A stretch of DNA of 32,000 nucleotides. Origin: a bacterium (GTDB lineage Bacteria; UBP14; UBA6098; B30-G16). The position numbers and the translations under genes are program-made. Shown in pieces: positions 9,588 to 19,238 of this stretch; position 1 is the stretch's first letter; the number at the start of each line of letters is the position of its first letter. A model generated the notes under the pieces. The model was given only the letters and a program-made list of their open reading frames with translations. It made no database searches and was not told the DNA's origin. The stretch lies in the NCBI GenBank assembly GCA_030613005.1, contig JAUWMV010000005.1:33047-65046 (forward strand), read 5' to 3'.

Positions 9588-10964
9588 TCATCTAATGCAT
9601 TCTTTAATTATTTTAACCATTCGATCCATATCTTCTCTGTTATACTTATCGGATACTGCTGTTAAAAGAACATTATCCATTCCGGGAAATATTTTTCCTA
9701 ATGCCAGTCCCGGCAAGTAATTTCTATCAGCCGCAGAATGAATTAGCTCTTCAGCATTAACAGGTAGCTTGAGTGCAAACTCTCGGAAGAAATGACCATT
9801 GTATAATAAGGAAATATTATTAATTTCGGTTAATTTAGATACCAAATAATGAGCCCTATCGAAAAGTAATTTTGAAAGATATTTGAAACCTTTAGAGCCA
9901 AGAAGAGCGAGATAAACTGTGGCTCGAAGCGCACATAACTGTTGATTGGTGCATATATTGGATGTAGCTCCTGCTCGTCTAATATGCTGTTCCCTTGTCT
10001 GAAAAGTCATAACAAACCCGCGATTTCCATCGATATCGTTTGTTTGTCCAACAATTCTTCCAGGCATCTGGCGAATGAATTCTCTTCTGGCAGCGAAAAA
10101 ACCCAAATATGGACCACCGAAATTAAGATAGTTACCAAACTGTTGAGCCTCACCGCATACGACATCTGCGTCATATTCCCCTGGTGGTTTTAGTATTCCA
10201 AGACTCATCGGATCTTGAATCGAAATAATGTATAGAGCGCCTTTTTTGTGGACTAATTCAGCAAAGATTGTGCCATCCTCGATAATGCCAAAGAAATTTG
10301 GATTCTGAAGTATGAAACATGCAGTGTTATCGTCGATTAGTCTGCCCAAAGTTTCGGGACAGGTTTGACCTTGTGAACATGTTTCGGTTCCCGGTGACAA
10401 AGGTATTTCAATCGTTTCCACTCCGTAACCATGGATGTATGATTTAATAACTTGCAAATAAAATGGGTTTATCCCACTTGAAACGAGAATTTTCTTTCGA
10501 CCCGTTTTATATATTGCTAAAATAGCTGCCTCAGCCACAGCGGATGCGCCATCATACATGGATGCATTTGCTACATCCATTCCAGTTATACCTGCAATCA
10601 TGGATTGGAATTGAAAGACTGCTGTCAGTGTTCCTTGACTGACTTCCGGTTGATATGGAGTATATGCAGTGTAGAACTCAGGTCTCGAGGATATCTCATC
10701 CACAGCTGCTGGAACGAACATGTCATAGGCACCACCGCCAATAAATTGCTTCATTTGGGAGGCTATGTTTTTTGACGCAAGTCTATCTAATATCTGCGAG
10801 ACTTCAATTTCGGATAATCCTTTTGGTATAGGAAGTTCAGTTTTGTAAAGCAACTCCTCGGGAACCATTTCCGTTAACAGCTCTTTAATAGATGAGAAGC
10901 CAAGCTTTTCCAGCATTATACGTCTATCGTCATCAGTATTTGGTAAAAACGAAAAGGAATTCAT
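9588..10964 (-). CDS. gcvPA: Glycine dehydrogenase (aminomethyl-transferring) subunit 1, glycine cleavage P-protein alpha
   Basis: 458 aa. N-terminus FLPNTDDDRRIMLEKLG and TAYTPYQPEVSQGTL..FQ.MI are typical of GcvPA. Co-directional with gcvH and 61 nt downstream of it. Confidence 0.95.
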   Translation of the reverse strand: MNSFSFLPNTDDDRRIMLEKLGFSSIKELLTEMVPEELLYKTELPIPKGLSEIEVSQILDRLASKNIASQMKQFIGGGAYDMFVPAAVDEISSRPEFYTAYTPYQPEVSQGTLTAVFQFQSMIAGITGMDVANASMYDGASAVAEAAILAIYKTGRKKILVSSGINPFYLQVIKSYIHGYGVETIEIPLSPGTETCSQGQTCPETLGRLIDDNTACFILQNPNFFGIIEDGTIFAELVHKKGALYIISIQDPMSLGILKPPGEYDADVVCGEAQQFGNYLNFGGPYLGFFAARREFIRQMPGRIVGQTNDIDGNRGFVMTFQTREQHIRRAGATSNICTNQQLCALRATVYLALLGSKGFKYLSKLLFDRAHYLVSKLTEINNISLLYNGHFFREFALKLPVNAEELIHSAADRNYLPGLALGKIFPGMDNVLLTAVSDKYNREDMDRMVKIIKECIR

Positions 10965-11025
10965 GAGAAACCTTCAATTAGAGGTAAAATTGTTAAAATA
11001 CTCTTATAATAATTTATTCCAGAAA

Positions 11026-11403
11026 TTATTCGCCGATAAGTTCTTTATATTCTTCTGGAGATAGAAGTTCGTCTAATTCCTCTGGTTTGTCCATTTTTAC
11101 AATAACTATCCAGCCCTCGCCATACGGATCTCGGTTAATTATACTCGGTTCTTCAATAATAAGATCATTGATTTCCACAATTTCCCCAGAGATTGGTGTG
11201 TAAAAGTCGGATACTGCTTTTACGGCTTCTATCGTAGCCACAGGTTTGGTTGCGGATACATTTGTTCCAACCTTTGGGAGATCGACGAAAACAATATCGC
11301 CTAACTCACTTTGGGCATATTCAGTTATGCCAATTATTGCTATATCCCTTTCGGTTCTAACCCATTCGTGTTCCTTGGAATAACGAAGATCGTCGGGTAC
11401 CAT
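11026..11403 (-). CDS. gcvH: Glycine cleavage system H protein (lipoyl carrier)
   Basis: Lipoyl-lysine motif TIEAVKAVSDFYTPISGEIVEIN. MVPDDLRYSKEHEWV aligns with known GcvH N-termini. The longer ORF (ATG 11415, MEEK...) has the GGAGGAG SD inside it, so ATG 11403 is preferred. Confidence 0.93.
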   Translation of the reverse strand: MVPDDLRYSKEHEWVRTERDIAIIGITEYAQSELGDIVFVDLPKVGTNVSATKPVATIEAVKAVSDFYTPISGEIVEINDLIIEEPSIINRDPYGEGWIVIVKMDKPEELDELLSPEEYKELIGE

Positions 11404-11636
11404 TTTCTCCTCCATGTTTTTTGAAATAAGTCAAATACTATTATAAAACCATATAACCAAGAAAAAATAGGCTTACTAAAGCAACATGCAATTACTTTTT
11501 AAGACTTTGATTGGGTTTTAATAACATTATGAAGCACATGTGTTTTAGCTAAGAAATTGTAACTACAAAGGTCATCAAAAAAAAATTAGTTTGAAATAAG
11601 GCGTTTTGGTTGCATCTCTCTTAAAACAACATAAGC

Positions 11637-12305
11637 TCATTCCTTTTTAAGATGTGAAATGAACTTCGCAATTCTTCTGGGAGAGCCAATAAGAATTAAA
11701 TTGTCGTCTTCCTCTAGTTCAGGATTCTCAGAAGGTGGAATGAGTTTAGACAAATCCGGTTGTATATAAACTCTGTGAACGAAAAGAGGAGTTATCCCGT
11801 GCTTTTTCAAAGAAAGCTCAGAAAGAACTTTCCCATGGATATTTATGGGCAATTTAAGACGAACAATGGAGGTTTCACTGTCAAGCTTTATTTGCTCGCT
11901 CTCACCTAACATAATGTATTCACCGATACGTTCGCCCATAATTTGCTCTGGAAGTATAATCCAATTAATACCCATTCTACGCAATATCTCTGCTTGTATT
12001 TCGCTCGATGCTCTAGCAACAATTTCTGTTATACCTAGTTCTCTGAGATATATGCACACTAACATCGATGCATCGAAATTTTCACCGAATCCCACTGCTG
12101 CTCCATCTGGCTTGTATCGATTGATAACTTCTTTGAGAGCTTCCTTATCGCTGCAATCAGCAACTACAGCTTCAGTAACCATATCCTGTATGGCTGCAAC
12201 AGTTTGCTCGTTTTTATCTACTACGATAACTTCCGCACCTAGTTCAACAAGTCTTGTTGCAAGACTTTCGCCATACAATCCGACACCTATGACAATATAT
12301 TTCAT
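11637..12305 (-). CDS. trkA: K+ uptake system NAD-binding regulatory subunit (TrkA-N/RCK plus TrkA-C; KtrA-sized)
   Basis: 222 aa. Rossmann motif MKYIVIGVGLYGESLATRLVELGAEVIVVDKN (GxGxxG) followed by a C-terminal TrkA-C-like half. SD AAGGAG upstream. Lies 15 nt downstream of trkH. Confidence 0.9.
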   Translation of the reverse strand: MKYIVIGVGLYGESLATRLVELGAEVIVVDKNEQTVAAIQDMVTEAVVADCSDKEALKEVINRYKPDGAAVGFGENFDASMLVCIYLRELGITEIVARASSEIQAEILRRMGINWIILPEQIMGERIGEYIMLGESEQIKLDSETSIVRLKLPINIHGKVLSELSLKKHGITPLFVHRVYIQPDLSKLIPPSENPELEEDDNLILIGSPRRIAKFISHLKKE

Positions 12306-12320
12306 AAATAGTGCTCCTTT

Positions 12321-14126
12321 TTAACCTATCATAATGTCTTCTTCGGTATATTTTAGTCGGCTTCTCCTGGGATTCATCATAATTGCCGAAAGAAAAGTTA
12401 AAGGTCCTATTCTACCCAAAAGCATTGTAATAATAATAACGATCTTAGAGGGTGTAGAAAGTCCGAACGTTATGCCTGTAGATAATCCAACAGTACCAAG
12501 GGCTGACAGCTGTTCGAACAAAATATTCATAAAAGCAATTTTCGGTTCGAATACTAACAATGCAAATGAACCTATAATTGCAACTGAAAGAGAAAGGAAA
12601 ATAATCAATGCAGCATTATTCATAAGCACCCACGGGATGCTTCTTCCAAACAATCTTAGGTTCTTATTATGTTTGAGCTTGTTTATCACTGCCACAACTA
12701 GCAACCCAAAAGTAGTTGTTTTAACACCACCACCTGTAGAACCGGGGGATGCGCCTATAAACATAAGAAAAATCAATATAAGTAGTGCTGGTGCGGTCAG
12801 TGTTGAAATTTTGACTGTGTTGAATCCAGCTGTTCTTGCTGTTATAGATTGGAAAAAGGATGCGAGCCAACGCTGGTTATTTGTTAAACTTGCCATACTC
12901 GGTTTATTGTGTTCGAGGATGTAAATGGTTATGGCTCCGAATAGTATAAGGATAACAGTTGCGAGAATTACAAATTTAGTGTGAAGGCTAAAATGTGGTT
13001 GCTTAATTTTCTTCTTTTTCGGAGGTAGCTTTATGTAATTCCACAAATCTGTTAGAACAATAAATCCTATACCACCCAATACAACAAGAGTCATCACAAT
13101 GAGAGAACCTGTTGCATTTGTCGCAAATTGAATCGTATTCTTATTCCATAAAGAGAATCCAGCGTTGCAGAAAGAACTTACAGCATGAAATATCGAAAAA
13201 TAAAAAGGATTATGGTTACTCAGATTTACAGAGGGTGTTACGAAATAAAATGCGATCGTGCCAAGAATTTCAAGAGATAGAGTGAAAACTATAATTGCAG
13301 TAATAAGCGACTTTATTTTACTGAAAACTCTTATGTTCATTACATCGCCAAGCACAACTCGTTCTTTTATTCCTATTTCACCTCTAAGAATCAATGCAGA
13401 GAATGTGGCAAAGGTCATCAAACCTAATCCACCGATTTGAATTAATGCGAGAATGACATTATGTCCATATCGAGAGAAGAATGTGCCTGTGGGAACTACA
13501 ATGAGACCTGTAACGCAGGTTGCCGAAGCGGCGGTAAATAAAGCATTAATAAATTTTATTCCGTTCTTTGTTGTAATACTTCCAATTTCGGATGGACTAA
13601 TTGCGCCGGGAAGCAATAGTAGTATGGTTCCCAACGTTATAACCGAAGCGAAACTTAATACAAAGATTAACGGTGGTGAAAGAGGAAGTGAGGTTAATCG
13701 AGCGTTTATTCTTCCCAATTGCGTTAGAAGTTCTATTAATATGAATGCTTGAGCGAATAGGATATATATTTTAGTTAGGTTAACTATACCAAGGCTTTTT
13801 GCAAAATTTATTACTTCTGGGTCATTGAAGAAAAGAAGAATTATAAGAAGTTGCATCGCGAATACAAACAGAATCACAAATCTAAAAGCATTGGCTTTGA
13901 GAAATGCACTCTTATTTGTAGCAGTTGATAATTCAAAAAACGTATGCAAAATAAATGAGCCGATAATGATATAGTCCACAATCTGCCATATAAGGAACCA
14001 GTCGCTGCTCCAAACCTCACCTGCTCTGAGAAGTCCTGGACGAATTACAAGTGAAAAGAAGGCTAAAAAGCCCATAAAGAGCATCCAGCCTTTGATGATT
14101 TTATTTTTTGTAGAATTTATATGCAT
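12321..14126 (-). CDS. trkH: TrkH/KtrB family K+ transporter with an N-terminal extra 4-TM extension
   Basis: 601 aa. All four pore-loop glycine motifs are recognisable (ATCVTGL, FCNAGFSL, RTAGFNTV, SALGTVGLSTG), as is SPGSTGGGVKTTT. The canonical N-terminus (LSPPLIFVLSFASVITLGTILLLLPGA) begins only at about aa 148. Confidence 0.9.
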   Translation of the reverse strand: MHINSTKNKIIKGWMLFMGFLAFFSLVIRPGLLRAGEVWSSDWFLIWQIVDYIIIGSFILHTFFELSTATNKSAFLKANAFRFVILFVFAMQLLIILLFFNDPEVINFAKSLGIVNLTKIYILFAQAFILIELLTQLGRINARLTSLPLSPPLIFVLSFASVITLGTILLLLPGAISPSEIGSITTKNGIKFINALFTAASATCVTGLIVVPTGTFFSRYGHNVILALIQIGGLGLMTFATFSALILRGEIGIKERVVLGDVMNIRVFSKIKSLITAIIVFTLSLEILGTIAFYFVTPSVNLSNHNPFYFSIFHAVSSFCNAGFSLWNKNTIQFATNATGSLIVMTLVVLGGIGFIVLTDLWNYIKLPPKKKKIKQPHFSLHTKFVILATVILILFGAITIYILEHNKPSMASLTNNQRWLASFFQSITARTAGFNTVKISTLTAPALLILIFLMFIGASPGSTGGGVKTTTFGLLVVAVINKLKHNKNLRLFGRSIPWVLMNNAALIIFLSLSVAIIGSFALLVFEPKIAFMNILFEQLSALGTVGLSTGITFGLSTPSKIVIIITMLLGRIGPLTFLSAIMMNPRRSRLKYTEEDIMIG

Positions 14127-14252
14127 CCCTTTAATTTATTTTTTTTAACTTGATTTTCAACAATTATCACAGATTATGTTGGATATTCGGCATAAAACAT
14201 ATAAAACACAAGTATTTTAGCTGTTTGTTACCACCCAAAATAAAATAACAGC

Positions 14253-14280
14253 TTGATTTATCTATGTTAACAGATATAAT
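14253..14280 (+). promoter_or_regulatory. Sigma70-like promoter for phoH
   Basis: TTGATT (14253-14258), a 16-nt spacer, then TATAAT (14275-14280). It lies in the 159-bp divergent trkH/phoH intergenic region. Chance matches are likely in AT-rich DNA. Confidence 0.4.
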
Positions 14281-14312
14281 TCTTCGTGATGAAGTCGAAA
14301 AAAGGAAAGGTT

Positions 14313-15323
14313 ATGACTAATGCTCGAAAAACTGCGTTTTCAGGACGTCCGATAAGAATTTCTACTATTGGAATCGATCAACGACAACTTTTTGGGCTAG
14401 GTGGCGCATATGTTAAGGAAATAGAACTTGAGTTTCCCGTTAGAATTGTTACACGTGGTGATGAGATACAGATATATGGCGAAAAGGAAATTGTTAATCA
14501 GGTTAAGGATGTTTTCGAAGAGATGATCAAACATCTTGCATCTGGTGGATTTGTTTCTGAGCAAACACTTCAATACGCTATTAAAATGAAAAAAGGAGAA
14601 GATAATCTATCATTCACTCCAGAGGACGATAGAATAATTGTTACGAATAGGAAAATCCCTGTTAAGCCTCGAAGTGAAGGTCAACGTAAATATGTCGAAG
14701 CTATTTACAATTGCGATCTTGTGTTTTCTATTGGTCCAGCAGGTACTGGTAAGACATATCTCGCAGTAGCTTGTGCAATTCGTTTTTTAAGGGAGAGGGC
14801 GATTGACCGTATAGTTCTTGTTCGACCAGCGGTTGAAGTGGATGAGAAGCTCGGATTTCTCCCCGGTGATATGAAGGAAAAAATTGATCCATATCTACGT
14901 CCGTTATATGATGCGCTTTACGAGATGCTTCCACGAGGACAGGTGGAACGATATATCGAATCTGGAATTATCGAGATTGCTCCATTAGCATTTATGAGAG
15001 GAAGAACTTTAAATAATGCTTTTATTATTTTAGACGAGGCTCAGAATACAACTATTAGGCAGATGAAGATGTTCCTTACTCGACTTGGAATGAATTCCAA
15101 AACAGTTGTCACTGGGGATATTACACAGACAGATCTTCCAATAGAACAGAAATCGGGTTTGATTAACGCGCGGAAAATATTAGATGAGATTCCAGGTATT
15201 GAAATTGTTTATTTATCCGAGAAGGATGTTGTAAGACATCCGCTGGTTCAAGATATTATACTGGCTTATAGTCGGTGGGAAAATCGCAGTATTCCTACAA
15301 GCGAAGAAAATCAGAAAGAATAA
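14313..15323 (+). CDS. phoH: PhoH-like ATPase (YbeZ family)
   Basis: Walker A GPAGTGKTYLAVA, ILDEAQN, and VVTGDITQTDLP. ATG 14313 is preceded by AAGGAAAGG. The longer ORF from GTG 14286 would begin 5 nt after the putative -10 box. Confidence 0.92.
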   Translation: MTNARKTAFSGRPIRISTIGIDQRQLFGLGGAYVKEIELEFPVRIVTRGDEIQIYGEKEIVNQVKDVFEEMIKHLASGGFVSEQTLQYAIKMKKGEDNLSFTPEDDRIIVTNRKIPVKPRSEGQRKYVEAIYNCDLVFSIGPAGTGKTYLAVACAIRFLRERAIDRIVLVRPAVEVDEKLGFLPGDMKEKIDPYLRPLYDALYEMLPRGQVERYIESGIIEIAPLAFMRGRTLNNAFIILDEAQNTTIRQMKMFLTRLGMNSKTVVTGDITQTDLPIEQKSGLINARKILDEIPGIEIVYLSEKDVVRHPLVQDIILAYSRWENRSIPTSEENQKE

Positions 15324-15457
15324 GATTAATACTAAGGATAAAATTGAACTATATGTAGTTATTGTTATTGAGTGTTAAGTATGAATTGTAATTAATAAAT
15401 CATTAAAACTATGTGGTTTTCCTGCCATATTAAATCTACCTAAGGAGAATTTTATCG

Positions 15458-17221
15458 ATGATTAAGTTAAAACAATTAAATAGTAATATCTTATGGATTG
15501 TTTTACTTATTTGTTTTGCTTCGAGTATGATTTACGGTTCATTAGAGAGGGACATTGAACTTGGAAAGCGTTTTTTAGTTATAAAAAAATATAAAGAAGC
15601 TCTCGATGTTCTCAAACCTCTTTATAACCAAAACCCAGATAATACTCGAATACAAGAACTATTGCTTGAAACGTATAAAGGTCTGAAAGATTACAATGAT
15701 ATAGTAAAAGTAGCCAATGCAATTTTACTGCGTAATCCCAATAATACTGAGGTTCTATTGGAATTGGCGAATGCACACCTTGCACTTAATAATTCCAATG
15801 AGGCATTTAAAACTATTAAGAAAGCCGTAAAATCCAATCCAACGAGCAGACAATTGGTTCAAAAAGTTCACAATTTACTTAATAGCCGAGGATTTATCGA
15901 CGAGGATATTGAATTCATATATGACTCTCGAAAAAGGTTTGATGATAAAAGTTTTATGGCATTGGAAATGGCACGGTTGTATGAGATAAAGGGACGTTTT
16001 GATAAGGCGGTAAATGAATACTCTCTTTATCTTAAACGAAATCCGAATAAATTCTCTGAAGTAGAAAGAAGATTAGAAGTCAGCGAACGCACACCTGAGG
16101 AATTAATCGAACTCCGTAAATCTCTTAATTCCCTTCTTTCTTCGGGAATTCAAAAGTGGTATGCATGGAGATTGATTTCTATTGTCGAGCAGTTGTTGGA
16201 GAATTATGAAAGAGCTTTCGAAGCCATTGTGAAAGCGGAAAAATCCAGAAGTGATAGAAGCAAAGGAACTCTGCTAATAAGATTCATCGAGGTGATGTTG
16301 AGAGATGAACAGTTTAATCTGGTATACAGAGCAGCTTCGGAACTTGAGAGTTTACCAGAAAACAGTTTCACGATTAAAGCATCAATTTACAAAGCTCGGG
16401 CGATGAGAGGACAAGGAAGATTTGCTGAAGCAATACAGCTTCTTAGTGATATACTTAATATCGGGAGTAGAAGAATCGCAGATGATGCCACACTTATTCT
16501 GGCTCAAATTTATCTTGAAAACTTGAAAGATGCGGATAGAGCAGAAAAAATTATTGAAATAAAATATGGAAAATCGGTTCGAGTCCCAGAAGTTGTGCTT
16601 GCTCTGAGAGCTAAGATTCTTCTTTATAAAGAGAACTTCGATACAGCAAGGGAATTTTTACTACAATCCTTTAAATTTTATCAGAAAAGCCCGACTTTGC
16701 ACTACCTGTTTGCAATAACTCATTTTTTTGCCGGTTCAAATGATACTGCAGATGCATCCTTTCACACATTTGTTGTTAACTATCCCAATGATGAGCGTGC
16801 TAACGATGCATTGGAATTGCTTTTGCTACTTCAGGATGCAGGTGAGAGCCTTCCGAAGATCCGTGAAGCATTATATGATATGTTTATTCGAGATACTATA
16901 AATGCATACGAAAAGCTTAATAACATGTTAGCTGATACTTCTGTCTTACGAATAATGGACATTGTCTTATGGAAGAAAGCTCGATGCCAGTTAAATCTTG
17001 ATGATACTACGGTATTTGAGACCTTATCCTTATTAGCTTCGAAATATCCCGAGAGCTTTTATGCCCCACTGGCTTTGGAAAAAATTGCGGATCAAATGGT
17101 TGTATTGGAGCGAATAGATAGCGCAAGCGAGTTATACAATAGAATTGTTAACGAGTATCCAGAAAGTGTGAATATAGAATCTGTACGACAAAAATTACGT
17201 GCTGTTGGCAGAAATCTATAA
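15458..17221 (+). CDS. Membrane-anchored or periplasmic tetratricopeptide-repeat protein
   Basis: 587 aa. N-terminal hydrophobic anchor ILWIVLLICFASSMIYG. Recurring TPR-like helix pairs (YKEALDVLKPLYNQNPDN, EAFKTIKKAVKSNP, FDKAVNEYSLYLKRNPN) and a YbgF-like C-terminal unit ASELYNRIVNEYPES. SD AAGGAGA lies 9 nt upstream. Confidence 0.75.
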   Translation: MIKLKQLNSNILWIVLLICFASSMIYGSLERDIELGKRFLVIKKYKEALDVLKPLYNQNPDNTRIQELLLETYKGLKDYNDIVKVANAILLRNPNNTEVLLELANAHLALNNSNEAFKTIKKAVKSNPTSRQLVQKVHNLLNSRGFIDEDIEFIYDSRKRFDDKSFMALEMARLYEIKGRFDKAVNEYSLYLKRNPNKFSEVERRLEVSERTPEELIELRKSLNSLLSSGIQKWYAWRLISIVEQLLENYERAFEAIVKAEKSRSDRSKGTLLIRFIEVMLRDEQFNLVYRAASELESLPENSFTIKASIYKARAMRGQGRFAEAIQLLSDILNIGSRRIADDATLILAQIYLENLKDADRAEKIIEIKYGKSVRVPEVVLALRAKILLYKENFDTAREFLLQSFKFYQKSPTLHYLFAITHFFAGSNDTADASFHTFVVNYPNDERANDALELLLLLQDAGESLPKIREALYDMFIRDTINAYEKLNNMLADTSVLRIMDIVLWKKARCQLNLDDTTVFETLSLLASKYPESFYAPLALEKIADQMVVLERIDSASELYNRIVNEYPESVNIESVRQKLRAVGRNL

Positions 17222-17310
17222 TATATTTGAATTCAATTGTACACTTTTGAGTAACGAAGATTAGAAGTGTAATAAAATGAGTAATATTTTCTGTTGAATT
17301 GGAGGGAATT

Positions 17311-18726
17311 ATGAATGTATACCAAGACTTAGCAGTACGTCTCGAGTCGGAAGGATTGACTTTTCTAAACTTGCATTATACGGATATATTTAGCGGTTTT
17401 CATACAATTACAGTTCACATTAATGAGTTATCTAAAAATGAAATTTCCAGTGGAGTTGCATTTGACAGTTCCAGTGTTCCGGGGTTCGGGAAAGTCGAAT
17501 CTGGGGATATGGTTTTAAAACCTGATTTTGATACATTTTTCTTAGAAGGTTTTGATAATGAGGATACAGGTGGAGTATTATGCGATATTGTTAATGCTGA
17601 GAATGGTGATCCTATGGATCGTTGTCCCAGAGCTATACTAAGAAGGGCTGAGAAAATATTGAATGAGAAATTGGGTGCTGTAAGCTATTGGCTTCCTGAA
17701 TTGGAATTTTTCCTATTTGATTCTATTTCATATAGTTACAGCGATTTCGGTGCATCTTATAAGGTTAAATTGTTAGAAGTAATGCAGAACGACGGTAAAG
17801 GTGGCAGATATAAAAATCTCGAGAGAAAGGGTGGCTATCATGCGTCCTCGCCAGAAGATCACGGATTCGATTTTAGAAATCATTTGGTGAGTAAATTGGA
17901 AGAGAACGGAATTAATATTAAATATCATCATCACGAGGTTGCTGGTGGACAGCACGAGATTGAACTAATTCCTCAGTTGTCTCTTAAAGCTGCTGATAAT
18001 GTTGTAATGGTAAAATATTTCGCAAAAAAACTCGCAAGTTTTTACGATTCTCCTATTACATTTATGCCGAAACCTCTTAACAATTTCCCCGGTAACGGTA
18101 TGCATTTCCATCAGTGGCTCGCAAAGGATGATGTCTCGTTATTTTGGGATGAGAACGCAGAATATGCGCATATATCTGAACTTGGTAGGAATTATATTGC
18201 AGGTTTATTGTATCATGCACCGGCATTGACTGCATTCACCAATCCGAGTACAAATTCGTTCCGAAGACTTGTTCCGGGTTTTGAAGCACCTACAAAATTG
18301 TTCTATGGGTTAGCAAATAGAGTTGCAGCAATTAGAATACCTAAGTATGTAGACACTCCACAGAAAAAGCGAATCGAATACCGTCCTCCCGATCCTATGG
18401 CTAATTCGTATCTGGCAATTTCGGCTATGATGTTGGCTGGACTCGACGGTATAGCAAAGAAGCTGGATCCTACCGAGTTAGGATATGGACCGTTTGATGA
18501 TGATGTGACTGAATGGAGCGATGACAAGCAGAATAAACTTGATAGTCTGCCTAGTTCACTTACAGGAGCTGCGGATGCACTTTTAAACGATTGTGAATTT
18601 CTAATTAAAGAAGGCGTTTTCCCAGAAAATTTCATTAAGTCGTATGCCATGCAACTTAAAAATGATGAGCTGAAACTTTCTCGATTTGTTACGCCATATG
18701 AAATTGCAATGTATTTTGGAAGATAA
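17311..18726 (+). CDS. glnA: Glutamine synthetase, type I
   Basis: GS signatures: AFDSSSVPGFGKVESGDMVLKPD, HHHEVAGGQHEIE, MPKPLNNFPGNGMHFHQWL, and NSFRRLVPGFEAP. ATG 17311 is preceded by GGAGGG (17301-17306). The track ORF begins at TTG 17299, inside that SD. Confidence 0.93.
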   Translation: MNVYQDLAVRLESEGLTFLNLHYTDIFSGFHTITVHINELSKNEISSGVAFDSSSVPGFGKVESGDMVLKPDFDTFFLEGFDNEDTGGVLCDIVNAENGDPMDRCPRAILRRAEKILNEKLGAVSYWLPELEFFLFDSISYSYSDFGASYKVKLLEVMQNDGKGGRYKNLERKGGYHASSPEDHGFDFRNHLVSKLEENGINIKYHHHEVAGGQHEIELIPQLSLKAADNVVMVKYFAKKLASFYDSPITFMPKPLNNFPGNGMHFHQWLAKDDVSLFWDENAEYAHISELGRNYIAGLLYHAPALTAFTNPSTNSFRRLVPGFEAPTKLFYGLANRVAAIRIPKYVDTPQKKRIEYRPPDPMANSYLAISAMMLAGLDGIAKKLDPTELGYGPFDDDVTEWSDDKQNKLDSLPSSLTGAADALLNDCEFLIKEGVFPENFIKSYAMQLKNDELKLSRFVTPYEIAMYFGR

Positions 18727-18761
18727 AAAAAGTTAACTTCTTACGGATCTATAGAGAAAAG

Positions 18762-19238
18762 ATGCTTATAATTATGAACTGTAAGTTATTCTTAATATCT
18801 ATTATAATTTCTATAATTTCCTTCACATTCATTGATGCAGCACAATGGTATATTGATTCAGATAAAACGGGATTTGTAGTAGAAGTTGAATTCTCAGCAA
18901 ATTATTCCATAGATTCTGATGGTTATATTTATCTACCGACAGAAGATGATTCAATCAATTCATTTTCTTCAGAGCCAGATTATAGCGTAAATTCTTCACA
19001 GGTACGGGAAATATTACCCGAAAAGTTTGAATTATCGATTTCGCCAAATCCCTTCAATTCGTTTGTTACGCTAAATTTCTCAAATCCATTCACTGGAATT
19101 ATAGAAATAATCAACATTTTAGTACGAGTAGTTAATTCTGTGAATCTAAACTCATCGGTTAAGACAACTATCGATTTCATAGATCAACCATCGGGTGTAC
19201 TTTATAAAGGCTCACAATGCTCAAAAAACAATTGTTAA
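18762..19238 (+). CDS. Small secreted protein with a type A T9SS C-terminal domain, apparently frameshifted near the 3' end (possible pseudogene; restored end 19260)
   Basis: Signal peptide MNCKLFLISIIISIISFTFIDA. CTD-like ELSISPNPFNSFVTLNFS...IEIINILVRVVNSV...DQPSG. The in-frame tail VLYKGSQCSKNNC* is atypical. The +1 frame from 19195 reads VYFIKAHNAQKTIVKRALLLK* (stop 19258-19260), a canonical CTD ending. Confidence 0.6.
   Translation: MLIIMNCKLFLISIIISIISFTFIDAAQWYIDSDKTGFVVEVEFSANYSIDSDGYIYLPTEDDSINSFSSEPDYSVNSSQVREILPEKFELSISPNPFNSFVTLNFSNPFTGIIEIINILVRVVNSVNLNSSVKTTIDFIDQPSGVLYKGSQCSKNNC

Noticed and set aside
11416-11636. Possible glycine riboswitch upstream of gcvH
   Set aside because: I read the minus-strand leader directly. 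It is AT-rich and lacks the conserved GC-rich cores (GGAGAG ... CACCG/AAGGGGCAA-type segments) that I associate with glycine riboswitch aptamers. A covariance-model scan would be needed for certainty.
11845-12924. 159-aa and 196-aa plus-strand ORFs (11845-12324 and 12334-12924)
   Set aside because: They are antisense shadows of trkA and trkH. Their translations are Ser/Ile/Pro-rich with no recognisable motif, and the opposite-strand genes are unambiguous.
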